Positions 16,540 to 26,333 are shown, counted from the first letter of the stretch. The stretch: DNA of 64,000 nucleotides from Burkholderiaceae bacterium (GCA_037190565.1 JBBCJV010000017.1:18939-82938); one strand, 5' to 3'. Translations and numbers: made by a program. Notes: a model not told the origin generated them from the sequence alone.

Positions 16540-16936
16540 CTTCTTCGACACCAATGTCTTGATCTACGCAGCGTCCGCCGATCCGGTCAAAGCCGACCTG
16601 GCGGAACGGCTCATCGCCGAGGGTGGCACGATCAGTGTCCAGGTGCTGAACGAGCTCGCCAATGTCGCGCGCCGCAAAATGGCAATGTCATCGGATGACA
16701 TGCGCGCGTGGTTGACCACGCTCCGCGCCTTGCTGTCGGTTCAGCCCTTGACGGTCGACATCCACGAAGATGGCCTCAGACTGGCGCAGCGCTACGGCTT
16801 TTCGTTCCATGACGCCACCATCGTGGCGGCGGCGCTGCACGCCGATTGCGACGTGCTCTGGTCGCAAGACATGCATAACGGGATGATCGTGGAAGACCAG
16901 CTTCGCATCACCGATCCGTTTTCCGCTGCGCGTTAG
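16529..16936 (+). CDS. vapC: PIN-domain ribonuclease toxin (VapC-type)
   Basis: MPGSFFDTNVLIY (first acidic residue), ...VLNELANV..., ...FHDATIVAAAL..., ...LWSQD: the PIN acidic quartet pattern. The start is 16529 or 16520, overlapping the vapB stop. Confidence 0.85.
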   Translation: MPGSFFDTNVLIYAASADPVKADLAERLIAEGGTISVQVLNELANVARRKMAMSSDDMRAWLTTLRALLSVQPLTVDIHEDGLRLAQRYGFSFHDATIVAAALHADCDVLWSQDMHNGMIVEDQLRITDPFSAAR

Positions 16937-16998
16937 GAGGATTTGCCCCGACAATATGCGGCGCCCGAGCCCACTACCGCTCTTGAGCCCGCAAACCG

Positions 16999-17940
16999 AT
17001 GGATCTGAAACTCGTCGAACACCTGCTGCTGGTCGCCGAATCCGGCAGCTTCTCCAAAGCCGCATCGATCCTCGGCATGGCCCAGCCCGCCCTGGGCCGG
17101 CAGATCGGCAAACTGGAACGGCTCTGCGGCACTCGTCTGCTGTATCGGCATGGCCGCGGCGTGACGCTGACGCCCGAAGGCGAGCAGTTCATCCAGCGAA
17201 TGCGGCCGATGCTGCGTCAGATCGAATTGCTGATCGGCGAGATCGCCCAGCAGCGCCTGCAGCCGCACGGACCGGTCACCGTCGGACTGACGCCGACGAT
17301 GCTGAGCCTGTTCGGCCTGTTGCTGGTCACCTCGGCGCGCAAGAAATATCCGCACGTCAAGCTGAACATCGTCTCCGGCTACAGCGGCTACATCCAGGAA
17401 TGGCTGATCGGCGGCGACCTCGACATCGCGCTACTGCACGATGCCCGCCGCTCCAAGCACATCGTCGTCGACTATCTGGCCAGCGCAGGCCTGCATCTGG
17501 TGTCACCGCCCGATCAGGTCAAGCGCAATCGCAAGAACCGGACCTCGATCGATCTCGAAGAGCTGGCCAGCCTGCCGCTGGTGCTGCCCACGCGCAGGCA
17601 CGGCCTGCGCCGCACGCTGGAGGCCGCCTGCAAGGAAATCGGCGTGAGCCTGAACGTCGAATACGAGATGGACACACTGTCGCTGATGAAGGAACAGGTG
17701 GTGGCCGGCCATGCCCATACCGTGCTGGCGATTCCCGCCATCGTCGGCGAGCTCAAGCGCGGCGCGGTGGTGGCGCGCAAAGTGCGCAATCCCGCGGTCG
17801 ATACGCGGCTGATGCTGGCGACAGCGGTGAACCGTCCATATACGCAGGCGATCCGCGCCGTCCAGGCCGAGATCGGCGAGGTGATGAGGCAGGCCGTGCA
17901 CGCCTCGACCCTGCCCCTGGATATCCGCTTCACGCCTTAG
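16999..17940 (+). CDS. LysR-family transcriptional regulator
   Basis: N-terminal HTH MDLKLVEHLLLVAESGSFSKAASILGMAQPALGRQIGKLE plus a LysR substrate-binding domain. Confidence 0.9.
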   Translation: MDLKLVEHLLLVAESGSFSKAASILGMAQPALGRQIGKLERLCGTRLLYRHGRGVTLTPEGEQFIQRMRPMLRQIELLIGEIAQQRLQPHGPVTVGLTPTMLSLFGLLLVTSARKKYPHVKLNIVSGYSGYIQEWLIGGDLDIALLHDARRSKHIVVDYLASAGLHLVSPPDQVKRNRKNRTSIDLEELASLPLVLPTRRHGLRRTLEAACKEIGVSLNVEYEMDTLSLMKEQVVAGHAHTVLAIPAIVGELKRGAVVARKVRNPAVDTRLMLATAVNRPYTQAIRAVQAEIGEVMRQAVHASTLPLDIRFTP

Positions 17941-18088
17941 CCAGTCCTTATCGGCATAGCTGAAATATGCCGGCATGCAATGCCGGATCGGCTGGTGCTT
18001 CGCATAATGGGCCTCTGCGCACATCAGGGCGGTGCCGATGCGATGACGCCGGCAGCAGCCGCCGATAACGAGACTCGAGGAGGCAGTC

Positions 18089-19096
18089 ATGCAACATGGG
18101 GCTTACGGCCGTCGTCGCTTCATCAGGGATCATGGACGCGTCGCCTTGGCGGCGATGCTCGCTCAATCGGCCGGCGTCGGTGCGGCGTGGGCACAGTCCG
18201 ACTACCCGAATCGCACCATCCGGATGATCGTTCCGTTCGGCGCCGGCTCTGCCACCGACATCCTGACCCGCCACATCGAACCATCGATGTCGCACACGCT
18301 GGGGCAGAAGATCGTCATCGACAATCGGGCGGGCGCCAATGGCATCACCGGCGCGCAACTGGTCAAACCGGCTGCCGCCGACGGCTACACCTTGTGCATG
18401 GGGTCGACTTCCTCGCATTCGATCGTGGCCGCGATGCGGCCGAACTCGATGCCCTACGACATCCAGGCCGATTTCTCGGCGATCGGCCTGGCCGCCAAAT
18501 CGGCGAACCTGATCGCCGTGCACCCGTCGGTGCCGGCCAGGAATCTGCGCGAGCTGATCGAATACTCGAAGACGCAGCCGCAAGGGCTGAGCTTCGCGTC
18601 ATCGCCGGTCGGTTCATCGAACAATCTCGCCGGCGAGATGCTGCGCCTGCAAGGCGCGAAGCTGGTCAGCGTGCCGTACAACAACATCAGCCAGGGCGTC
18701 ACCGACGTGCTGGCCGGCCATGTGCCGATCCTGATCTATACCGTGGCGCTGCTGCCCTACGTGCGCGAAGGCCGACTGCGCGGCATCGCCACGCTGTCGG
18801 AGCGCCGCCTGACGCAAGCGCCGGACCTGCCCACGGCGACCGAGCAGGGCATTCCGATGGTGGCCACCGCCTGGTTCGGCATGTTCGGGCCGGCCAAGCT
18901 GCCCGCCGGCGTGCGCGACAAGCTGAGCAGCGCGTTGCGCCATGCGATCGACGACCAAGGCGTCAAGCAGAAGCTGATCGAAGCCGGCCTGGAACCCGAA
19001 TATCTGGCGCCGGCCCAATTCGAAACCTTCATCGCCCGCGACATCGCTCTATGGAAAGACGTGGTCCAGCGTGCCGGCGTCAAGACCGAGAGCTGA
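18089..19096 (+). CDS. Bug-family (TctC-like) substrate-binding protein
   Basis: Tat/Sec-like leader followed by YPNRTIRMIVPFGAGSATDILTR. Confidence 0.85.
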   Translation: MQHGAYGRRRFIRDHGRVALAAMLAQSAGVGAAWAQSDYPNRTIRMIVPFGAGSATDILTRHIEPSMSHTLGQKIVIDNRAGANGITGAQLVKPAAADGYTLCMGSTSSHSIVAAMRPNSMPYDIQADFSAIGLAAKSANLIAVHPSVPARNLRELIEYSKTQPQGLSFASSPVGSSNNLAGEMLRLQGAKLVSVPYNNISQGVTDVLAGHVPILIYTVALLPYVREGRLRGIATLSERRLTQAPDLPTATEQGIPMVATAWFGMFGPAKLPAGVRDKLSSALRHAIDDQGVKQKLIEAGLEPEYLAPAQFETFIARDIALWKDVVQRAGVKTES

Positions 19097-19106
19097 TCGC
19101 AGCAGC

Positions 19107-20366
19107 ATGAGCATTCGCCGCCTGTACAACGTCGCTGACGTGCGCGACCGCGCACGCCGGCGCCTGCCCAAGGGCATATTCGAGTTCATCGATCGCGGCA
19201 CCGAAGATGACCTCGCCATGCGGCGCAACCGCGCGGCGTTCGAACAGTTGCAGTTGCGTCCGCAGGTGGGCGTCGACGTATCGGCGCGTCATACGCGCAC
19301 GCAACTCTTCGGTCGCGAGATGTCGCTGCCGCTGGCGATTGCGCCGACCGGCGCAGCCGGTCTGGTCTGGTATCGCGGCGAACTCGAACTGGCGAAGGCC
19401 GCGGCCACAGCCGGCATACCGTTCACATTGGCGACGCGCTCGATGACCGCCGTCGAGGACATCGCCGCGCAGGCGAAAGGGCGCCTCTGGTTCCAGCTTT
19501 ACATGTGGACCGAGCGCGAGCTTTCGTACGGACTGGTCGAGCGCGCGCAGCGCGCCGGCTGCGAGGCGCTGATCGTCACGCTCGACGTGCCAGTGGCGCC
19601 CAACCGCGAATACAACCTGCGCAACGGATTCTCACTGCCATTTCGCCTTGGCGCGCGCTCGATGTTCGACATGCTGCGCCGCCCGCGCTGGCTGAGCGGC
19701 GTGATGGGCCGCTATCTGGCCACGACCGGCATGCCGCGCTATGAAAACCAACCCGGCCGGCATCGGAACAGGCTCACGCAGGGCGACGCCGCGGCACCGC
19801 TGCGCAGCGACGCGATCACCTGGGATGACGTGCGCGAGCTGCGCCGGCGCTGGCAGGGGCCGCTGCTGGTCAAGGGCATCTTGCGGGTCGACGATGCGCT
19901 GCGCGCCGTCGCCGCCGGCGCCGACGGGGTCATCGTATCGAACCATGGCGGGCGCTGCCTGGACTGCTCGGTGGCGCCGCTCGAAGCACTGCCGCGGATC
20001 GCCGACACGCTGGCAGGCCGCGCCACCGTGCTGCTGGACAGCGGCATCCGGCGCGGCAGCGACATCGCCAAGGCGCTGACCCTCGGGGCCGCCGCGGTGC
20101 TGAGCGGGCGTCCCACCTTGTACGGCATGGCCGCGGCCGGACAGGCCGGCGCACGCCACGTGATCGGCCTGCTGCAGGCCGAACTGCTGACCACGCTGGG
20201 CATGCTCGGTTGCACCGGCGTGCACGAACTTGGCCCGCATCTGTTGCAGGAGGAGCCTGCTGCGATCGAGCATCTGCTGGCGCAGCTCGACGCATCGACA
20301 GGCGCCGGCTCTGCGGCACCGGGCGCAGGCGTCGAAAAGAATTCGCTCAAAGGACTCGTCTCATGA
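19107..20366 (+). CDS. FMN-dependent alpha-hydroxy acid dehydrogenase/oxidase (L-lactate / (S)-mandelate dehydrogenase family)
   Basis: MSIRRLYNVADVRDRARRRLPKGIFEFIDRGTEDDLAMRRNRAAFE..., ...VSNHGGR..., ...DSGIRRGSDIAKAL: hallmark motifs of the glycolate oxidase/LldD family. Confidence 0.85.
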   Translation: MSIRRLYNVADVRDRARRRLPKGIFEFIDRGTEDDLAMRRNRAAFEQLQLRPQVGVDVSARHTRTQLFGREMSLPLAIAPTGAAGLVWYRGELELAKAAATAGIPFTLATRSMTAVEDIAAQAKGRLWFQLYMWTERELSYGLVERAQRAGCEALIVTLDVPVAPNREYNLRNGFSLPFRLGARSMFDMLRRPRWLSGVMGRYLATTGMPRYENQPGRHRNRLTQGDAAAPLRSDAITWDDVRELRRRWQGPLLVKGILRVDDALRAVAAGADGVIVSNHGGRCLDCSVAPLEALPRIADTLAGRATVLLDSGIRRGSDIAKALTLGAAAVLSGRPTLYGMAAAGQAGARHVIGLLQAELLTTLGMLGCTGVHELGPHLLQEEPAAIEHLLAQLDASTGAGSAAPGAGVEKNSLKGLVS

Positions 20367-21256
20367 ACATCCAACCCACCGGCCAGGCACTGGGCGCCGC
20401 GGTAACCGGCATCGATCTGCGCCGACCGCTGTCCGACGCCGATTTCGCAACGATTCTGCGCGCGCTCACCGAGCATGGCGTGCTGTGCTTTCCCAAGCAG
20501 TCGATCGATGCGCCCGAACTGCGCGACTTCTCGGCGCGCTTCGGCAGCATGCAGATATTGCGCTCGGGCCAGGACGCCACCGGCGTGCCGGAAGTGTCAG
20601 TGCTGTCGAACATCCGCGAGAACGGCCAACCGGTCGGCATACCCGATGCAGGCCAGAACTGGCACACCGACATGACCTATAACCAGACGCCCGGCTACGT
20701 GAACGTGCTGGTTGCCTTCGAGGTGCCGACCCGCGATGGCCAGACGCTGGGCGCCACGGAATTCACCAATACGGCCCGGGCCTACGATGAGCTGCCCGAC
20801 GAAGTGAAAACCCGGCTGGCCAACGCCACCGCCACGCACGATCTGAATTTCTATTGGGAATTCATGCGCCAGGCGAAAGGCAGCACGCGTGCGCCATTGA
20901 GCGCCGCCGAGCGGGCTGCGCATCCGCCTTCCAGGCACCCAGTGTTCCTCACGCATCCGGTCAGCGGCCGCAAGGTGATCTACGTCAACCCGGGCCTCAC
21001 CGAGCGCATCGACGGCATGTCAGACACCGAAAGCCAGGCCACGTTGGCCATGCTTTTCGAGCACGTGTTGCAGCCGCAATACCGGTATACGCATCGCTGG
21101 TCGGTCGGCGACGTCCTGATCTGGGATCACCTGTCGACCTGGCACAACGCGGTGGCCGACTATGGGCCGCAGGAGCGACGCCTGATCAAGCGCTGCCAGG
21201 TACGGGCCGATCGCATCTTCGATCCGGCCTTCGTGAAAGCCGCACTCGCGCACTAG
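20363..21256 (+). CDS. TauD/TfdA-family Fe(II)/2-oxoglutarate-dependent dioxygenase
   Basis: ATGA overlap with the upstream gene. WHTDMTY (HxD facial triad), ...THRWSVGDVLIWDHLSTWHNA... (distal His) and R near the C-terminus. Confidence 0.85.
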   Translation: MNIQPTGQALGAAVTGIDLRRPLSDADFATILRALTEHGVLCFPKQSIDAPELRDFSARFGSMQILRSGQDATGVPEVSVLSNIRENGQPVGIPDAGQNWHTDMTYNQTPGYVNVLVAFEVPTRDGQTLGATEFTNTARAYDELPDEVKTRLANATATHDLNFYWEFMRQAKGSTRAPLSAAERAAHPPSRHPVFLTHPVSGRKVIYVNPGLTERIDGMSDTESQATLAMLFEHVLQPQYRYTHRWSVGDVLIWDHLSTWHNAVADYGPQERRLIKRCQVRADRIFDPAFVKAALAH

Positions 21257-21276
21257 CCTTTCGCCGAGACGCCCCC

Positions 21277-22950
21277 TTGAAGCCGACGCACCTCACTACT
21301 TCATCGCACGCGCTGCTGGCCAATCTTGCCGCCGGCGGCGTCGACCGCGTGTTTCTCGTCCCCGGCGAGAGTTACCTGGGAATACTTGACGCCCTCAACG
21401 ATTTTCCGCAGATCGATCTCGTCACGTGCCCCCCTGAAGCCGGCGCCGGCTTCATGGCCCTGGCCGACGCACGGCTGTCGCGGCGTCCCGGCGTGGCCAT
21501 GGTCAGCCGCGGCCCGGGCGCCAGCAACGCAGCGATCGCGGTGCATACGGCACAGCAGGATGCGACGCCGTTCATTCTCGTCGTCGGCCAGGTGCCGAAG
21601 GCCAGCCTGCGGCGGGGCGCATTCCAGGAGATCGACTACCAGCAGATGTTTGCCGGCATCGCCAAGTGGGTGGTCGAGCCCACCGAGCCGCAGCAACTGC
21701 CCGAAGCGGCGTTCAAGGCGGTCCGCATCGCCACCTCGGGCACGCCGGGGCCGGTGATCATCGTGCTGCCCGAAGACATCCAGCAGCAGGCCGTTGCCAG
21801 CACCTGGTGGACCGCCCCGCCACACGCCGAGACCATACCGACCGACGCCGCGCTGGCCCAGCTTCGCGAATCACTCGCGCAGGCGCAGCGGCCGCTGATC
21901 GTCGCCGGCGGCGCCTTCGATCGCCCCGGCGGCCGCGAGGCGCTGCGCGCCTTCGCGCAAGCCTGGCACATTCCGGTGGCGGTATCGTTCCGCCGGCATG
22001 ACTTGTTCGACCATGCAGATCCGCTGTACGTCGGCGATCTGGGTCTGGTCAATCCAAGCTGGCAGCTGGATGCGTTCCACGAAAGCGATCTGCTGCTGGC
22101 CTTGGGCACACGCTTCGGCGACATCACCAGCCAGGGCTATACCTTTCCTGCGATGCCGCGGCCAACGCAGAAAGTGGTCCATTGCCACGTCGACGGTCAA
22201 TGGATCGGCCAGCATTTCACCGCCGACATCGGCCTGGCCTGCGATCCGGTGCGCCTGGCCGAACTCGCGCTGCCGGCGCAACCGCAGCCGATCGATACGC
22301 CGCGCCGCGACTGGGCATCACGATTGCGCGAACTGCACCGGCGCATCGCGGCCTGGCCGGAACCGGCGCACCGTGCAGATGGGCTCGACTTCAGCGACGT
22401 GGTCCAGGTTCTTTCCCGCCTCGCGCCGCAGCGCCTGTTGCTGACGCTGGACGCCGGCACCTTCGGTGCCCCCATCTATCGCCACTTCGCGCTGGCCCCG
22501 CCGCAACGCCTGCTGGCGCCGATCTCGGGAGCGATGGGCTACGGCGTGCCGGCGGCGGTGGCAGCGCAACTGCGCGATCCGCAAGCACGCGTCGTCTGCG
22601 CGGTCGGCGATGGCGGCTTCATGATGACCGGCAACGAGATGATCAGCGCGGTGCAGCGGCGGCTGCCGATTCTGATCCTGTTGTCGAACAACGGCGGCTA
22701 TGGTTCGATCCGCGTCCACCAGGATCGCGAATATCCCGGCCGGCACGCCGGCACCAGCCTGGTCAACCCCGATTTTGTGCGAATCGCGCAGGCCTTCGGC
22801 ATGCCCGCCGAACGGGTCGATGCCAGCGAACAGATCGAACCCGCCTTGCGGCGCGGACTGGCCGCCGGCGACGGCCCATACTTGATCGAGTTCCGTACCT
22901 TGCTCAGCCCTCGGGCGCAGGCTTCGACGACGCCCACCCTATCGGATTGA
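21277..22950 (+). CDS. Thiamine-diphosphate-dependent enzyme (acetolactate synthase / benzoylformate decarboxylase superfamily)
   Basis: N-terminal Pyr domain (GVDRVFLVPGESYLGILDAL...GPGASNAAIAVHTAQQDATPFILVVGQV). C-terminal PP domain with the ThDP motif GDGGFMMTGNEMISAVQRRLPILILLSNNGGYG. There is no ATG after the upstream stop, so I take the in-frame TTG at 21277 as the provisional start. Confidence 0.8.
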   Translation: MKPTHLTTSSHALLANLAAGGVDRVFLVPGESYLGILDALNDFPQIDLVTCPPEAGAGFMALADARLSRRPGVAMVSRGPGASNAAIAVHTAQQDATPFILVVGQVPKASLRRGAFQEIDYQQMFAGIAKWVVEPTEPQQLPEAAFKAVRIATSGTPGPVIIVLPEDIQQQAVASTWWTAPPHAETIPTDAALAQLRESLAQAQRPLIVAGGAFDRPGGREALRAFAQAWHIPVAVSFRRHDLFDHADPLYVGDLGLVNPSWQLDAFHESDLLLALGTRFGDITSQGYTFPAMPRPTQKVVHCHVDGQWIGQHFTADIGLACDPVRLAELALPAQPQPIDTPRRDWASRLRELHRRIAAWPEPAHRADGLDFSDVVQVLSRLAPQRLLLTLDAGTFGAPIYRHFALAPPQRLLAPISGAMGYGVPAAVAAQLRDPQARVVCAVGDGGFMMTGNEMISAVQRRLPILILLSNNGGYGSIRVHQDREYPGRHAGTSLVNPDFVRIAQAFGMPAERVDASEQIEPALRRGLAAGDGPYLIEFRTLLSPRAQASTTPTLSD

Positions 22951-22954
22951 TGCC

Positions 22955-23662
22955 ATGGCTTGCCTGACCCTGCTGGCTTCGCTGGCACTGCGCGGCGCAC
23001 TCGATGAACTGGTCAGCGACCATTCGCGCGACCAGGGCGTCACGCTGAGTTTCGACTACGGCGCCTCGCAGGGCCTGGTCGAACGCATTCGCAACGGCGA
23101 CCGCGCCGACATTGCACTGCTCACGGCCGGCGGCATCGAATCGCTGCAACGCGAGGGGATTCTGGCCGCCGGCAGCCGGGTCGATCTGGTGCGCTCCGAC
23201 ATCGGCCTGGCGGTGAAAGATGGCACGCCGCTGCCCGACATCGGCAGCGCCGAGGCATTCAAGCAGGCGCTGTTGCGTGCGCGTTCGCTCGCCTACTCCG
23301 ACATCGGAGCCAGCGGCATTTACCTGAAATCGCTGTTGCAGCGGCTCGGTATCGCCGAGCAGGTCAACGCCAAGGCGAAGATCCTGCCGCCGGGGCTCAC
23401 CGGCGAGCTGGTGCTGCATGGCGAAGTCGAGCTCGCCTTGCAACAGGTCAGCGAGCTGATGCAGGTTGCGGGGCTGCGCATCGCGCGCCTGCCGGCCGAG
23501 ATCCAGCAGGCGACGGTGTTCTCGGCCGCTGTCTTTTCGGCCTCGCCTTCGCGGCAAGCGGCCGGCGAGCTGATCCGCTTCCTGAGTTCAGCGCCCGCGG
23601 CGACGGTGATGGCTCGGCACGGCTTCGAACCGATCGACGGATCACGGCAGCCTTCGCCATGA
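22955..23662 (+). CDS. ModA-like periplasmic-binding-protein-fold protein without an obvious signal peptide
   Basis: 235 aa. The pattern (LTLLASLALRGALDEL...SFDYGASQGLVERIRNGDRADIALLTA...) resembles molybdate/anion SBP family type 2 folds. No cleavable leader is seen. Confidence 0.55.
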   Translation: MACLTLLASLALRGALDELVSDHSRDQGVTLSFDYGASQGLVERIRNGDRADIALLTAGGIESLQREGILAAGSRVDLVRSDIGLAVKDGTPLPDIGSAEAFKQALLRARSLAYSDIGASGIYLKSLLQRLGIAEQVNAKAKILPPGLTGELVLHGEVELALQQVSELMQVAGLRIARLPAEIQQATVFSAAVFSASPSRQAAGELIRFLSSAPAATVMARHGFEPIDGSRQPSP

Positions 23663-25305
23663 AAGCCACCGAAGACGATGCGCACTGGCTGAGCGTGGCG
23701 CAAGCCAGCGCGCTGATCCAGGCGCGCGAGCTGTCGCCGGTCGAATACGTCGAGCATCTGGTGCGGCGCATCGAGACATTCGATCCGCAATTGCACTCGT
23801 TCATCACGCCCTGCTTCGATTCGGCGCGCCAGCGGGCCCGCCTGGCCGAGGCCGAGATCATGGCAGGCCGCTCGCGAGGGCCATTGCACGGCATTCCGTT
23901 CGGCGTCAAGGATGTCTATGAGACCGCCGACGCGGTCACCACCAGTGGCTCGCGCGTGCCCTACGCCGGCGCCAGGCGACGCGATGCCGCGATCGTGCAG
24001 CGGCTGCATGCGGCCGGCGCACTGCTGCTGGGCAAGCTGGCCACGCACGAGTTTGCCCATGGCGGCCCGTCGCCTGAACTGCCCTGGCCGGTAGCGCGCA
24101 ATCCGTGGTCGACGACGCGCTTCACCGGCGGATCTTCCAGCGGCAGTGCCGCAGCGGTGGCCGCGGGCCTGCTGCCGGCTGCGCTGGGCACCGACACCGG
24201 CGGCTCGATACGCGGGCCCGCCTCTTACTGCGGCATCGCCGGTTTCCTGCCCAGTGCCGGCCTGGTCAGCCGCGCCGGCGTCGTGCCCAATTCCTATACC
24301 TTGGACCATTGCGGCCCCATGGCCCGGACGGTTGAAGACTGCGCACTGCTGCTGCAAGCCATCGCCGGACACGACCCCAGCGACGGCAACAGCTTCGTGC
24401 AGCCGATTCCCGACTATCGTGCCGGCCTGCACGCCGGCATCGAAGGACTTCGTATCGGCGTATTGCGGCACATCTGGGAAGAAGAGCTGGCCTGCAGCGC
24501 CGAACACCGGCGCGCGCTCGACGAAACTGTGACCACGCTGCGCGGATTGGGCGCACGGATAGCAGACGCTCGCATCCGTTCCATGCGCGACTATCTGGAC
24601 GTGAAGATCGTGATCGGAGAGTCCGAGATCTTCAGCGTGCATCACCGGCAGCTCATCGAGCGCGCCGGCGAATTCGGTCGCGACTTCCTGACCCGCATCC
24701 TGCCCGCGGTGCTGTTCCAGTCGGCCGACTACGTAGCGGCCTCGCGCGAACAGCGGCGGATGATCGCGCAGATGCAGGCGCTACATGCCCGCTTCGACGT
24801 GCTGCTGTTGCCGGGCTTCGGCGCCGCCGGCCCGATCAGCGCGCAGCGATCGCTGAACTTCTGGACCCATGCCAATCCGCATGCCGTGGCCAACCTGGTC
24901 GGGGCGCCATCGCTGGCCGTCTGTTGCGGCTTCAGCGAAGCCGGACTGCCGCTCGGCGTTCAGTTCATGGGGCCACCCTTGTCGGATCAGACGGTGCTTC
25001 GCGTCGGGCATGCCTATGAACGAGCGACCGACTGGCGATCGCGGCACCCCATGCTGACGGCGGGCGCAACGGCACAGGCACTCACCGAACCCCTGGCCGC
25101 CACGGACCCGTCGGCAACCGACGCCGAGACGCGTGAGCTGGCGCTGCGGCTGGCCGAACAGGCCGGGCTGCGGCTCGACGACACGCTGCAGGCGATTCTG
25201 TTCGAAGCGGCGCCCCATGCGTTGGCGATGAGGCGGCGCCTGCACCGGCATGACGGCTCGGTGTTCGACGAGCCGGCCCACGTGTTCCGGCTACCCGAGC
25301 AGTAG
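23659..25305 (+). CDS. Amidase-signature (AS) family amidohydrolase with a ~70-aa C-terminal extension
   Basis: GIPFGVKDV, the GGSSSGSAAAVAAGL signature, and GTDTGGSIRGPA (Ser-cisSer-Lys triad region). ATGA-type overlap with the upstream gene. Confidence 0.85.
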   Translation: MKATEDDAHWLSVAQASALIQARELSPVEYVEHLVRRIETFDPQLHSFITPCFDSARQRARLAEAEIMAGRSRGPLHGIPFGVKDVYETADAVTTSGSRVPYAGARRRDAAIVQRLHAAGALLLGKLATHEFAHGGPSPELPWPVARNPWSTTRFTGGSSSGSAAAVAAGLLPAALGTDTGGSIRGPASYCGIAGFLPSAGLVSRAGVVPNSYTLDHCGPMARTVEDCALLLQAIAGHDPSDGNSFVQPIPDYRAGLHAGIEGLRIGVLRHIWEEELACSAEHRRALDETVTTLRGLGARIADARIRSMRDYLDVKIVIGESEIFSVHHRQLIERAGEFGRDFLTRILPAVLFQSADYVAASREQRRMIAQMQALHARFDVLLLPGFGAAGPISAQRSLNFWTHANPHAVANLVGAPSLAVCCGFSEAGLPLGVQFMGPPLSDQTVLRVGHAYERATDWRSRHPMLTAGATAQALTEPLAATDPSATDAETRELALRLAEQAGLRLDDTLQAILFEAAPHALAMRRRLHRHDGSVFDEPAHVFRLPEQ

Positions 25306-25325
25306 CATCGCGCGCGGTGAACGCT

Positions 25326-26333
25326 TCAGGCCGCGGGCGCCGGGCGTTGGCTGCCGATCGTGTTCGCCAAGCCGCCGAGGCGGGAAATGCGCATCTCGAC
25401 CTGATCGCCGGGCACCAGTCGAACGCCCATCTCGTGCGCCGAGCCGCCGCTGTAGCAGCCGCCGCTGATCACGGTGCCGGGCGGCACCGTCTGCCCGATC
25501 GACAGGTAGGCGAGCATCTGCGGAAAGCTCCAGATCATGCCGGATGCATCGCAGGACGACAGTTCACGGCCATTGACGTGCAGTGACATGCGCAGGCCGC
25601 TGACGTCGCCGACCTCATCGCGCGTGACCAGCCACGGACCCAGCGGATTGCCGTTGTCGAAATCCTTGCCCTTGGACGGACCGCGGCCGGTCTTCATTTC
25701 TTCGGCCTGCCGCTGGCGCGCGCTGACGTCGTTCATGATCGAATAGCCGGCGATCGCCTGTTCCGCGGCCGACGGGTCTAGATCGCGGCCGCCCGTGCCG
25801 ACGATGCAGACCAGTTCGCATTCGACGTCGATCGCGTCGGCAAACGCCGGACACTCGAGTACCGTGCCCGGGCCGACGACCGCGTCGGGATTGCCCTTCC
25901 AATAGGGTTTGATCGGCGAGTCGGCCCGATTGGGCGTGAGTTGAATGCCGAGCGACGAAGCCCCCGCCGCATGCGCCGGCCAGACACTGAAATTGACGAT
26001 GCCGGCCGGGCGCGGCACGGGTGCGAGCAATGTCACGTCGCCGGGGTCATACCAGAGAGCCTGGCCGGCCGAGCTCGCTTCGGCGCCGGACTGCAGCGCC
26101 CACTGCACGGCCTCTTGGACCCAATCCAGCGCCAACTGTCCGCTGCCGATCAGCGCGATCATGTCGTCGGGCACCTGCGCGGCGGCAACCCGCTCGGCGG
26201 CCGATCGCGTCAGGCTGCGTTCGAGCAGCGCGGCGCGCGTCGCAGCGGCGTCGGCAATGCCGCGCGGCGTCGACACACCGATTCGGCGGATGAACCCTAA
26301 GGAAGTACGGACGGCAAAGGTGCAGAGCTTCAT
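25326..26333 (-). CDS. Fumarylacetoacetate hydrolase (FAH) family protein
   Basis: C-terminal FAH fold motifs (ECELVCIVG..., GYSIMNDVSAR..., GKDFDNGNPLGPWLVT, GTVISGG). Confidence 0.85.
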   Translation of the reverse strand: MKLCTFAVRTSLGFIRRIGVSTPRGIADAAATRAALLERSLTRSAAERVAAAQVPDDMIALIGSGQLALDWVQEAVQWALQSGAEASSAGQALWYDPGDVTLLAPVPRPAGIVNFSVWPAHAAGASSLGIQLTPNRADSPIKPYWKGNPDAVVGPGTVLECPAFADAIDVECELVCIVGTGGRDLDPSAAEQAIAGYSIMNDVSARQRQAEEMKTGRGPSKGKDFDNGNPLGPWLVTRDEVGDVSGLRMSLHVNGRELSSCDASGMIWSFPQMLAYLSIGQTVPPGTVISGGCYSGGSAHEMGVRLVPGDQVEMRISRLGGLANTIGSQRPAPAA

